This document shows positions 27,317-36,322 of a DNA stretch of 64,000 nt, one piece after another; within the stretch, counting starts at the first letter, position 1; every line of letters starts with the position of its first letter. The notes beneath the pieces were generated by a model, which worked only from the letters and a program-made list of their open reading frames with translations, ran no database searches and had not been told where the DNA came from. The translations under genes and the position numbers were made by a program. Source of the stretch: a virus (lineage: Duplodnaviria; Caudoviricetes); the IMG/VR virus record IMGVR_UViG_3300011805_000010, positions 5,557-69,556 of that record. One strand, 5' to 3'.

Positions 27317-27496
27317 ATGTATAACGTACCACACAAAGTCCTTCTGCCTGCTTGGATCTTCGAGCAGGCGAAGGATACAAATGAATTGAGAAGCCTAGTA
27401 GTGGAATATATGAAACGCTATCCAGACTATCGAATCATCAAAATAAGCGGTAGTTTCGCAGTTTGTGAGCGAGAACAATCCTTTTTTAGGAGGTAG
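27317..27496 (+). CDS. 59-aa phage protein, not in ORF track
   Basis: MYNVPHKVLLPAWIFEQAKD...YMKRYPDY...FAVCERE; AGGTGG RBS. Confidence 0.6.
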   Translation: MYNVPHKVLLPAWIFEQAKDTNELRSLVVEYMKRYPDYRIIKISGSFAVCEREQSFFRR

Positions 27497-27498
27497 CT

Positions 27499-27704
27499 AT
27501 GATTAAAATTCGATTCGCCATTTTGTTAGCTGAACGTAGCCTAAAAATACGAGACATTCACCAATGTACAGGTATTCCTATAATTACGCTTAGAAATCTG
27601 TATTATGGACGTTCGAACAGCATCAAAATGAACGATTTAAAGCGATATGTAAGGTTTTGAAATGCAATGTAGGTGACATTTTACAATACGTTCAGGAGGG
27701 CTAA
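27499..27704 (+). pseudogene. Cro/C1-type HTH protein with a 1-nt frameshift near 27638
   Basis: AGGAGGT RBS; MIKIRFAILLAERSLK...NDL continues in another frame as KAICKVLKCNVGDILQY. Confidence 0.7.
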
Positions 27705-27860
27705 TATGCTTGAACTACATAAGTTTAGAAGCGAATTAGTCGATGGACAGTAAAACTTGTCATTTCTTGCGCTTACCCGGGAAATTTTTATTTATTTCCT
27801 AACTGAAATACCACATTTCTAATAACATTTTTACACCAAAAAAAGGAGAGGCGAGGGCAA

Positions 27861-28691
27861 ATGGGCATTATCAGAGTAGCTAAAAACAACAACTATGTAG
27901 TGATGAATCGTACAGCATTAAATGACAACCGACTATCTTGGAAAGCTAAAGGCATTATGGCTTATATGCTTTCAATGCCAGATGATTGGGTGTTTTATAT
28001 GGACGAATTAATTACGCATGCTACAGATGGCAAAGATTCGTTCAAAAGCGGACTGAAAGAGCTTAAAGATAACGGGTATGTAGAGCGTAAACCAGTTAGG
28101 GATGAAAAAACGAAAAGAATCGTTGCTTGGGAGACGATTGTCCATGAAGCGCCTATCCAACAAGAGGAGGAACCACGAGTAGAAATGCCACCAGTGGAAA
28201 AGCCATTAGAGGAAAACCCACTAATGGAAAACCCACTAATGGAAAACCCACATGTGGAAAAACCACTAGTGGCAAATCCGCCCCTACTAAGTATTGATAA
28301 TAACCAAGTATTGAATAAACTAAATACTGATATTAACCAAGTACTGACTACAGACAAGCAACATGCTCAAAAGCTATATGGGTTCTTTGTCAGTCGTTTG
28401 CAAAAGTTGCCTAGTAATAAGTTACGAGAAGATATTGATTACTATCTATCGACCTATCAAGATGCAAATCTAGTTATTGAAGCGTTTGAGCGAGCTCTGT
28501 TAAATGGACGAGTCAGAAATAAAGAAAAATATGCTAATGGTACATTACGTAATTGGAGATATGAAGGCGTAACATCTATGCAACTATTAGCGAAAAAGGA
28601 GGCTCAACAACGTGCATCCAATACAGGAAGTACTAGCAAAGGCGCAAGCAAAGTACCAAGCATTATTGGACGAAGAAGCAGTCTCGATTAA
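27861..28691 (+). CDS. phage replication initiator (HTH N-terminus, DnaD-like C-terminus)
   Basis: LSWKAKGIMAYMLSMPDDW; internal iteron repeats; KYANGTLRNW. Confidence 0.88.
   Translation: MGIIRVAKNNNYVVMNRTALNDNRLSWKAKGIMAYMLSMPDDWVFYMDELITHATDGKDSFKSGLKELKDNGYVERKPVRDEKTKRIVAWETIVHEAPIQQEEEPRVEMPPVEKPLEENPLMENPLMENPHVEKPLVANPPLLSIDNNQVLNKLNTDINQVLTTDKQHAQKLYGFFVSRLQKLPSNKLREDIDYYLSTYQDANLVIEAFERALLNGRVRNKEKYANGTLRNWRYEGVTSMQLLAKKEAQQRASNTGSTSKGASKVPSIIGRRSSLD
28166..28285 (+). repeat. eight 15-bp tandem repeats (consensus GGAAAACCCACTAAT), probable origin iterons
   Basis: encode (V/M)E(N/K)Px pentapeptides inside the initiator gene. Confidence 0.8.
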
Positions 28692-29457
28692 TGACAAACA
28701 GTACGAATGTGTGAAGTGCAAAGATGTAGGCGGATTATTTGAAATGAAAGTCGATGAAGATGAAACCAGTATTACTTACGGTAAATCATTTCAAATTTGG
28801 GTTGATTGCGAATGCGAGAAAAATAGAATTGTTAGCAAGCTGATGAAGGCTAGTGAAATCACAGAAGAATTCAAAGCAATGACATTTGATAACTTTTTCA
28901 TCAATGGAGCACCCAAGGTAGTACAAGACATGCACCTATTGGCTACTAAATACTATACAGATTTTGAACAAATCCAAAAGTCAAAGCAAAACAGTATTGC
29001 CTATCTAGGTCAACCAGGATCAGGGAAAACACACTTACTTATAGCTTTGGCCAACTTAATGATGACAGAGAAACATAAGTCAGTATTGTATTTTCCATTC
29101 GTGGAAGGCTTCGATGATTTACGTTCAGACTTCGAAAAGCTAGAGGCCAAGATGATCCGTATGAAGCAGGTCGATATTCTCTTTATCGATGACTTGTTTA
29201 AACCTGTTACAAAGCAAGTGAAAGATGGGGAAAGGATTAAAGTGCCACAAGGGAGCGAGTGGGAAATTAAACAGCTTTATTCAGTTGTGAACTATCGTTA
29301 TATGAATCATAAGCCAGTGTTTATTAGCAGCGAACTAACGTTTGATGAAATGATTGTTCAAATGGACGAAGGGCTCGGTACACGCTTTTACCAGATGTGT
29401 AAGCAGTTTTTTATTCATATCGATAAGGATTTAGGGTTGAATTATAGATTAAAGTGA
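28612..29457 (+). CDS. DnaC/IstB-like helicase loader ATPase
   Basis: CxxC...CxC, GQPGSGKT and LFIDDL motifs. Confidence 0.9.
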   Translation: MHPIQEVLAKAQAKYQALLDEEAVSINDKQYECVKCKDVGGLFEMKVDEDETSITYGKSFQIWVDCECEKNRIVSKLMKASEITEEFKAMTFDNFFINGAPKVVQDMHLLATKYYTDFEQIQKSKQNSIAYLGQPGSGKTHLLIALANLMMTEKHKSVLYFPFVEGFDDLRSDFEKLEAKMIRMKQVDILFIDDLFKPVTKQVKDGERIKVPQGSEWEIKQLYSVVNYRYMNHKPVFISSELTFDEMIVQMDEGLGTRFYQMCKQFFIHIDKDLGLNYRLK

Positions 29458-29491
29458 GGGGCGCCTAGCCCCTTGATTGGAGGGAGTATGG

Positions 29492-29683
29492 ATGAATCAT
29501 GATTTAAAACAGATTTTAGCCCAGATTCGTGAGGCAAGATGTGAGTGGGAACTAAAAAAACTCATGACTGAGCTTGAGGAATTCAACAAACAAAATTACA
29601 AAGCGGCTGCTATTGATATCGCTTTGGAAACTGGTGACCGCAAGGCTTTTAATAAATTGGTGGTGTGTCATACAAATGACTAA
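29492..29683 (+). CDS. small phage protein (IDEAL-like tail)
   Basis: AAAIDIALETGDRKAFNKLV; GGAG RBS. Confidence 0.6.
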   Translation: MNHDLKQILAQIREARCEWELKKLMTELEEFNKQNYKAAAIDIALETGDRKAFNKLVVCHTND

Positions 29684-29900
29684 AAATTTCACATGGTATG
29701 CACCAAATGGAGAATTGCTGAAATGCCCTGTGCCTGGCTGTCATCACATTGGAACCATCATTACGAAAAAGCATTGCTGGCTAGTGCATGATATGTCGAG
29801 AGATGAGGTTGGTGAAAAGTACGGGAAGCCTAAACGTATTTTGAGATATAGCAAGAATCAAATTAAAGCGAGGAATTCGGAATGGGTGAACAATATTTAA
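29676..29900 (+). CDS. small zinc-finger-like phage protein
   Basis: CPVPGCHH...KKHC..VH. Confidence 0.6.
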   Translation: MTKNFTWYAPNGELLKCPVPGCHHIGTIITKKHCWLVHDMSRDEVGEKYGKPKRILRYSKNQIKARNSEWVNNI

Positions 29901-30070
29901 TCGATCAGTTGGTGTTACACATAGGCCTCTACAAAAAATATCAGTACAAAGAAAACGAGATAGGGTTTTATCAGAACCTTGAAGCTTTACGGGAACTGAA
30001 AGGGTTGAGCACACAGGACGAGTCTTTGGATTATGCTATTGCAATTACTGAAGAATTAAAGGCTTCATGA
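29882..30070 (+). CDS. small phage hypothetical protein
   Basis: overlapping ORF in the early operon. Confidence 0.55.
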   Translation: MGEQYLIDQLVLHIGLYKKYQYKENEIGFYQNLEALRELKGLSTQDESLDYAIAITEELKAS

Positions 30071-30179
30071 GACTGTGTAACGATATTCAAATTTGAAGGA
30101 AACCTGGACTGTTTACTATGGAGAGTGCCATCGTTATTGATAATTTCGTTCAGTAAATGGAAAAGGGGAATGACCACAT

Positions 30180-30455
30180 TTATTTCAATTGTTTTTTTAA
30201 ATAAGCTATAAATCTTTTTTGTGCTTGCTTTGTCTTCATAATCTTTTTAACACGAAAATTATTTTGAAGGTAATTTCTTACGTTACGATTTGCAAAAAAT
30301 AACTTATGATAATTATCATCTTGATAAATTTCATTAAACCAATTATATTGTTGTAATTTTTTTATATTTTTATCGATTTTTTTAGTATTTAAAGTGGTAC
30401 TGCTACCAAATGATATTCCGGACAAAATATCTGATAAAAAATCAAAATTTAACAT
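30180..30455 (-). CDS. hypothetical cargo protein, antisense to the early operon
   Basis: AAGGCG RBS; AT-rich; inverted-repeat site upstream at 30495. Confidence 0.6.
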   Translation of the reverse strand: MLNFDFLSDILSGISFGSSTTLNTKKIDKNIKKLQQYNWFNEIYQDDNYHKLFFANRNVRNYLQNNFRVKKIMKTKQAQKRFIAYLKKQLK

Positions 30456-30625
30456 GTAATCAACGCCTTATTTTAAATTACTTGTGAAAATATTTTTAAC
30501 TAACCAGGTACCTAGTTATCCTAAATCAGGTGTAGAAAATTATCAACATCTAAATATTGGTATTTTGTATTGCTAAACAAGGAAAGGATTAAGCGAAAAA
30601 ATGTACAATAACGGTAGGTGATTAT

Positions 30626-31441
30626 TTGAAGCGAGTTTTAAATTATGTCGGTTCTAAATGGAATCTGGCTAGATGGATAGTAAACCAAATGCCCGAGCAT
30701 GAGGTGTATCTTGAGCCATTCTTCGGAAGTGGTGCTGTCTTATTCAATAAGCCACCTGCGCGCATTGAAACAATAAATGATTTAGATGACAATATCGTCA
30801 ATCTATTTAAAGTGATTCGTGACAAGCCTGAACAATTGGCTCAACAAATTCAACTTACGCCCTATTCAAGACAAGAATACAATGAATCATTTACAGCATT
30901 GAAGGGTGAATTAAATTCGTTAGAAAGAGCTAGGGTATTCTTAGTTCGTTGTTGGATGTCTAGGGGAGGAAAAACAAGTGATAGAACAGGGTGGCGTCAT
31001 AATGTAGACTCGAAAACATTTAGTGCCTTAGCTGATTGGCGTAAGCTACCAGCTATCGTTTTAGAGGCAACGGAGCGATTAAAACATGTACAAATTGAAA
31101 ATTTAGATGCAGTAACTCTGATAAGCCGTTATAACAAAGAGGATTGTTTGATATACAGTGATCCACCGTATTTATTGAGCACACGTACAAAACGACACTA
31201 TGCTCATGAAATGACGGATGAACAACATGAAACGTTATTGCGAGCTTTAAATAAACATCGGGGTTTTGCCATGATTAGTGGCTACAACAACGATATGTAC
31301 AATGATATTTTACAAGGTTGGACAAGAATTTCGAAGATGGCCACAACCGAAGCTGCAAAAGAAAAATGTGAAAGTCTGTGGCTAAATCCTCAAATAATTG
31401 AGCGTGGGTATATACAACAATCGCTTTTTGAAATGGTGTAG
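30626..31441 (+). CDS. DNA adenine methyltransferase (Dam/D12 class), orphan
   Basis: YVGSKW, EPFFGSGAV and YSDPPY motifs. Confidence 0.92.
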   Translation: MKRVLNYVGSKWNLARWIVNQMPEHEVYLEPFFGSGAVLFNKPPARIETINDLDDNIVNLFKVIRDKPEQLAQQIQLTPYSRQEYNESFTALKGELNSLERARVFLVRCWMSRGGKTSDRTGWRHNVDSKTFSALADWRKLPAIVLEATERLKHVQIENLDAVTLISRYNKEDCLIYSDPPYLLSTRTKRHYAHEMTDEQHETLLRALNKHRGFAMISGYNNDMYNDILQGWTRISKMATTEAAKEKCESLWLNPQIIERGYIQQSLFEMV

Positions 31442-31451
31442 GGGCGCAAAT

Positions 31452-31657
31452 ATGTGTGAAAAAGTTTGCTGGACTTGCGGACATTTTGCTTTTGGTGCTT
31501 TGTAACAGGTGAATACAACAATACAGTTAAAGTAGATGACACATGCGACAAATGGTGTCCAGAAGGAACTCAAGGCATTGTAACAGAATATGGTTACGAT
31601 GATGGAAAAAATGAAGAGTGGCTAAAAGATGATATGTCATGTCTAATCTTTAGTTAA
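31452..31657 (+). pseudogene. small Cys-rich phage gene, probably frameshifted near 31483
   Basis: MCEKVCWTCGH joins FCFWCFVTGEY...CDKW in another frame. Confidence 0.45.
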
Positions 31658-31679
31658 AGCAGTATAAAAGGATTGTTTA

Positions 31680-31919
31680 TTAGTGCTTCATTAAGTAAAA
31701 ATAAATTGCTATTAAATAAATGACTATGTATATCACTGCCCAAATTTTATAAATAAACATTAAGCAACCTTTTTCACTTTTAAAGATAAGTAATACTAGA
31801 AGAGCTATAATAACTTGCCATATAAATAAAGGACTGTAGGTTAATTGAGCTAGTAAACTAGTCAAAGGTTGTTCTGCTAAATCAGTCATATTGCCTCCGA
31901 ATAAAGATAATGAAATCAA
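31680..31919 (-). CDS. small 2-TM membrane protein (cargo)
   Basis: hydrophobic; bounded by half-sites at 31649 and 31981. Confidence 0.6.
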   Translation of the reverse strand: MISLSLFGGNMTDLAEQPLTSLLAQLTYSPLFIWQVIIALLVLLIFKSEKGCLMFIYKIWAVIYIVIYLIAIYFYLMKH

Positions 31920-32039
31920 TAAATTATATCTTTATTCTAAATAAGAATCCATGGAAAGTGTTGGAGATAAAATGAGCTCTGTTAGTTAAAAAGAAAAGAG
32001 TCTAATGAACAATCTGAGGAAAATAAGCAGAAAGAGCGA

Positions 32040-32276
32040 CTATAATATCGCTCTAAAAAACTCATAAAATCCCATATTCATAGGGATTGCCCATATAAAG
32101 AAACCGAGTAGGGCAATTGGGCCAATAAAGAAATTATATATCTTTGTCGGCAAGATTTTTCCGAATAACGTTTTGTAGATTGCTACGCAAACTACCATTA
32201 CTACCGGTAGTAATATCATTGGTGGTATAAAAAATAAAAGACTTCCACCAAGTGATATATCTGAAAATATGTTCAT
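32040..32276 (-). CDS. small 2-TM membrane protein (cargo)
   Basis: GAGGT RBS; two hydrophobic helices. Confidence 0.7.
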   Translation of the reverse strand: MNIFSDISLGGSLLFFIPPMILLPVVMVVCVAIYKTLFGKILPTKIYNFFIGPIALLGFFIWAIPMNMGFYEFFRAIL

Positions 32277-32402
32277 TGAATTACCTCGTTATGTATTTTG
32301 TGTAAATTGTACCATAAAAAAAGCTGCAGCGTCGTTACTCGCTACAGCACGTCTCTTATTCCATATTCGTATCAGCATTATAACACATAGGAGGGCTGAA
32401 CT

Positions 32403-32822
32403 ATGTTAAAAGAAAGATTACAACTAAATCGCTACCAGCTAGACAAGGCAATTAAAAATTACCACCACAATATGCGTAGGTATATGAGAATGAAAGACGA
32501 GCTGGTTTCATTGACTGCGACAGCATCTACAGGGAAATATGGTATTGAGGCAATAATGCCAAAACCAGTTGGTAGTTCAAGTGATCCAGTTTACGCGCAT
32601 GTTCAAATCAGAGCGTCTCGTGTGTTTCGTTTAAAAAAAATCAAAGATGAGCTATTGTTGGTGCAAAATTTAACGAAAAAGGTTTCTGGTGATATTGAGC
32701 AAGAGGTGCTTTTCTGGTTGTTAGAGGGTATGCCTTTGCGTTGTATTGGTGCAAAGCTTAATATTAGCCATACAAGCGTACAGCGAGTGCGTGAGCGGAT
32801 ATTAGACCTGATGTTAAAGTGA
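32403..32822 (+). CDS. RinA/ArpU-like late transcription activator
   Basis: AGGAGG RBS; C-terminal HTH LEGMPLRCIGAKLNISHTSVQRVRE. Confidence 0.75.
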   Translation: MLKERLQLNRYQLDKAIKNYHHNMRRYMRMKDELVSLTATASTGKYGIEAIMPKPVGSSSDPVYAHVQIRASRVFRLKKIKDELLLVQNLTKKVSGDIEQEVLFWLLEGMPLRCIGAKLNISHTSVQRVRERILDLMLK

Positions 32823-32916
32823 TGTAATATTTTGCCTTCAAAAAATCCCCCCTTCTTTATATTAATTGGAAGAGGGGATATTAAGGTTATATTATTATTT
32901 TAACCAAAAATAATTT

Positions 32917-33912
32917 TTATTTTGATATAATCTTTATTCCACTATAAACTAGAGTGTCATCAATATAAATTCGCACTCTCGCTTTAGTAATACTTTCTAA
33001 TCTACTTTTAGAAAAATGAGGTAAAATAATTTTTTCTTGTAAAAACTTATATTCTTCTTCAAAACCAGAATTTATTACTTCACCTGTTATCTCACTTAAT
33101 TCAATATAAAATCTTCGATTATAGAAATTAGGATTGATAAATTTTACATTTACTGTTTCTAATCCTAGTTCGACTGATTCTATAATTAAATAATTATTTA
33201 TGAACATATTTTGAAAAGCCTCAGGCTTTATAATGCCTATTTTATCGTAATATTTTGCAACTTTATTTTCTGGTAGTAAGTCTACTAGTGTTTCTTTTTC
33301 AGCATTTGTACGACATACAATTAAAACCAAATCATTTAAATCGCACTGTTGAGGTATGATTAGCTCAGCTTGACGGTTTTTCTTAATAAAATACTCAGTT
33401 TCAGGATTATAAGAACCACTGTGATAGATATACTTGAAAGGTGCATTTTCAAATTCATTAGGTGTGTTATATATATCTACATTATTGCTAGCTAATCCTT
33501 CATATGTAAATTGAGAATCCTCTCTATCGAGCATTTTTACAATATCAAATAATAAAAAAATAGGAACCGGGCAATGGGCTAAATGGCTAGTATGTATTTC
33601 CTCTTTTGCCCTAATGCCCTCATTATGAAATTGTGTAGGTGTTAAAGGACGAAAATAAAATCTCACATAGTCTTTTATATCATTTTCAGTACTGTCTATT
33701 ACCGGTATACTTGCATTATTATTTTTCATGAGATTTAATTGAAGTGCCATTTTCCTACTGTAGATATTCCCCGTCTCTAATATTTTGGCAATATTATTTA
33801 CATCACTGAAATGATAAACGTAATTTTTCCACCATTCGCAATTATAAGGTAAAAATTTCGTTACAAGATCACTATTTAAAATATTAGCGTATGTTAAAAT
33901 AGATTTATTCAA
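32917..33912 (-). CDS. darT: DarT ssDNA thymidine ADP-ribosyltransferase (DUF4433) with a C-terminal extension
   Basis: YVYHFSDVNN, VRFYFRPLTPTQF and RQAELIIP motifs. Confidence 0.88.
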   Translation of the reverse strand: MNKSILTYANILNSDLVTKFLPYNCEWWKNYVYHFSDVNNIAKILETGNIYSRKMALQLNLMKNNNASIPVIDSTENDIKDYVRFYFRPLTPTQFHNEGIRAKEEIHTSHLAHCPVPIFLLFDIVKMLDREDSQFTYEGLASNNVDIYNTPNEFENAPFKYIYHSGSYNPETEYFIKKNRQAELIIPQQCDLNDLVLIVCRTNAEKETLVDLLPENKVAKYYDKIGIIKPEAFQNMFINNYLIIESVELGLETVNVKFINPNFYNRRFYIELSEITGEVINSGFEEEYKFLQEKIILPHFSKSRLESITKARVRIYIDDTLVYSGIKIISK

Positions 33913-33999
33913 TATAGTCCACCCCTAATTACCTATTAATAATAATGTATACTATATTATCATATAAAAGGTATTAATATCCATAAGAGGAGTGTTAAA

Positions 34000-35043
34000 A
34001 TGTTAGAATTTAAAAAAATTGACTTTTTTAGTGAAATAAATAACTATGATGCTATTGTAAATACAGTTAATTCTGTTGGTGTTATGGGAAAAGGTATTGC
34101 TCTTGAATTTAAAAAAAGGTATCCAGAGAATTTTATAGAGTATAAAAAAGCCTGTCAGTCAAAAGAATTAAAAATAGGGAAAAGCTTGGTTTTCCCTATT
34201 GAAGATGAATTAATACATACTAAATTTATAATTAATTTCCCTACTAAAGTACATTGGAGAAATCCTTCAAAAATTGAATATATTGAAGAAGGTTTAAATG
34301 ATTTAGCCGAAATTATCCGAGACAAGGAAATTAAATCTATTTTAATGCCTGCATTAGGATGTGGTAATGGAAATCTTGATTGGGATATTGTAAAACCTTT
34401 AATTAAGAAAAAACTGGATCACTTAAATGATATTAGAATAACTGTTATTGAGCCCAAAACAACAGCCAATACAAAACCAAAGAAACCAAGACTAACGATA
34501 ACTAGGAAAAAGTTGCTACTTTTAATGAATGATTATAATAAAAGTTCAACTAGTAGTAGTTTAATAACATATAAAGAAGTAAACTTATTAAGTTATTTAC
34601 TCACATATGTAGATCCAAAATTAAACCTTGATTTTTCACTCTCATCAGTTGGGCCATATTGTAAAGATATTAATTCTATTTTACTTAGTTTGAATGGATA
34701 TTATATTAGCCCGCAAAAAAACAATACATCGGGAAATTCAACACCTATTAAAGTTAATACAATAAATTTTCCGAAAAAAACAGAAGTTATACAAGATAAA
34801 GATTATTTAGAAGTAAAAGAGCTTATAAAAGGTTTTGAAAGCCCTACTGAATTAATGTTACTTTGTGTAGTGCATTGGTTTAAATTTAATGAGGGCGCAC
34901 CGGAAGAGAATCTGTTGAATAAAGTTCATGATTGGTTAAAATCTAGCTCCGGTTTAGATGTAGAAGATAAATTAATTAATAAAGCGATAAATAGAATAAT
35001 TAAAATATCAATTAACACTACAAATCTTAAATTTGATTTGTAA
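34000..35043 (+). CDS. darG: DarG macrodomain antitoxin
   Basis: AIVNTVNSVGVMGKGIA, INFPTK.HWR, PALGCGNG; C-terminal GPY motif. Confidence 0.9.
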   Translation: MLEFKKIDFFSEINNYDAIVNTVNSVGVMGKGIALEFKKRYPENFIEYKKACQSKELKIGKSLVFPIEDELIHTKFIINFPTKVHWRNPSKIEYIEEGLNDLAEIIRDKEIKSILMPALGCGNGNLDWDIVKPLIKKKLDHLNDIRITVIEPKTTANTKPKKPRLTITRKKLLLLMNDYNKSSTSSSLITYKEVNLLSYLLTYVDPKLNLDFSLSSVGPYCKDINSILLSLNGYYISPQKNNTSGNSTPIKVNTINFPKKTEVIQDKDYLEVKELIKGFESPTELMLLCVVHWFKFNEGAPEENLLNKVHDWLKSSSGLDVEDKLINKAINRIIKISINTTNLKFDL

Positions 35044-35060
35044 AGATTTTAGTGTTTAAA

Positions 35061-35137
35061 TGTCACATATGTGACAAGTGTTCCAAATGTGACAGATGTT
35101 CCAAAGGTAATATTTTAAGTAAATTATTGTGTAAAAT
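35061..35137 (+). promoter_or_regulatory. late promoter: five TGTnnCA heptamers at 9-bp period plus TAAAAT -10 box
   Basis: copies at 35061, 35070, 35079, 35088 and 35097; -10 at 35132. Confidence 0.7.
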
Positions 35138-35143
35138 AGGGGA

Positions 35144-35387
35144 GGACGGTTCGATAAGTTTTTTCCTTCTCTAGTATTAATAATACCCTTGAACTTCGTA
35201 CACTTTCGATTTATTCAGTCAAACTTACTAAACGTGCACGGAAATGCACGAGCACAATTCGATTACAGTAATTAACGTGGTAAAGAAGCTCTACCACGGT
35301 TGCTAGTAGTGAGCTAACTCGACAGTTTTACCACAATAGAATAGTAGTCGAATGCAAGACCCCTTGAGCGGATTCGAGGGGTTTTTA
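35144..35387 (+). ncRNA. candidate structured late-leader RNA ending in an intrinsic terminator
   Basis: hairpins at 35233-35250, 35276-35298 and 35319-35351; terminator at 35359-35387; no sizeable ORF seen. Confidence 0.45.
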
Positions 35388-35513
35388 TTTTGCTTTGAAA
35401 ACTGCATCAAACAGCCAAAACGCTTAATGATGAGAGGGTAGAGTTTGGTGTGGTTTTGAGAGCGGAATTTGTAGAAAAATGTTCCAAATTATTGCCTCTT
35501 AGATTATTATTAT

Positions 35514-36230
35514 TTGGGAGGTATAACAATGAAAAAAGGATATATTAGAGTTTCACATTTAATTTATATTATTATTATTGCAGTAATAATTTTGGCGTTT
35601 TTCCTAGTAATTGCATTCGGTGGCTCAACAAATGCTAGCACAACAATGGGTACAGCATCCACAGTATCTTCTTTAATTTTATCTGTCATAGCCATTGTAA
35701 TGACTATTACGGATTTAGCAGGACAAAAAGATACCATCTCGGATTTAAAAGAAACCGCTGAAAAGTTTGAAAGTAATTTAATTACTGTTAATGAGGGCAT
35801 AGAAGAGATAAATAATCTTAAAGATGACTTAATGGAATCAATGAGGTTAATTCAAGACAGTAATTTAACAGTTTTAAACGCAGTAGTTGAACTTAAGGAG
35901 AAATATAGCAAAACCGAAGAGGGAACCCAATCAAATTTGGATTCTGAAAATATTTTGAGGGATCTAGAAAACTTGAGTGACAAAATGAAAACAACCTTTT
36001 CAAATTTAAGTTTTACCGATAAATTCTACTATAATAATTTGCAAAATGGAATGAATAATAAATTAAATCGTATAATAATTGAAAGTGTTTTATTAAATAA
36101 TCCGAATATCAATAAACAAGATATTAATGAGATTAGCAGAGAAATTTTTGAAAAGTATGGAATTAAAATTCATAGACCAATTATAGAACAAGAAATAAAA
36201 AGATTTAATAATAGAACCTCAGACGTCTAG
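35514..36230 (+). CDS. membrane-anchored coiled-coil protein (2 TM)
   Basis: two N-terminal TMs; followed by a terminator at 36221-36247. Confidence 0.75.
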   Translation: MGGITMKKGYIRVSHLIYIIIIAVIILAFFLVIAFGGSTNASTTMGTASTVSSLILSVIAIVMTITDLAGQKDTISDLKETAEKFESNLITVNEGIEEINNLKDDLMESMRLIQDSNLTVLNAVVELKEKYSKTEEGTQSNLDSENILRDLENLSDKMKTTFSNLSFTDKFYYNNLQNGMNNKLNRIIIESVLLNNPNINKQDINEISREIFEKYGIKIHRPIIEQEIKRFNNRTSDV

Positions 36231-36322
36231 TTAGACGTCTTTTTTTATTTTAAAAAAGCAACTTGCATAATGGGGTGATTACAAAACAAACAAACGAAGA
36301 TGGAGGTGGTGGTGTATGAGAT

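Noticed and set aside
28166-28285. Tandem repeats as a CRISPR array
   Set aside because: No spacers; 15-bp period, in frame within the initiator gene; no cas genes. No CRISPR array was seen anywhere in the window.
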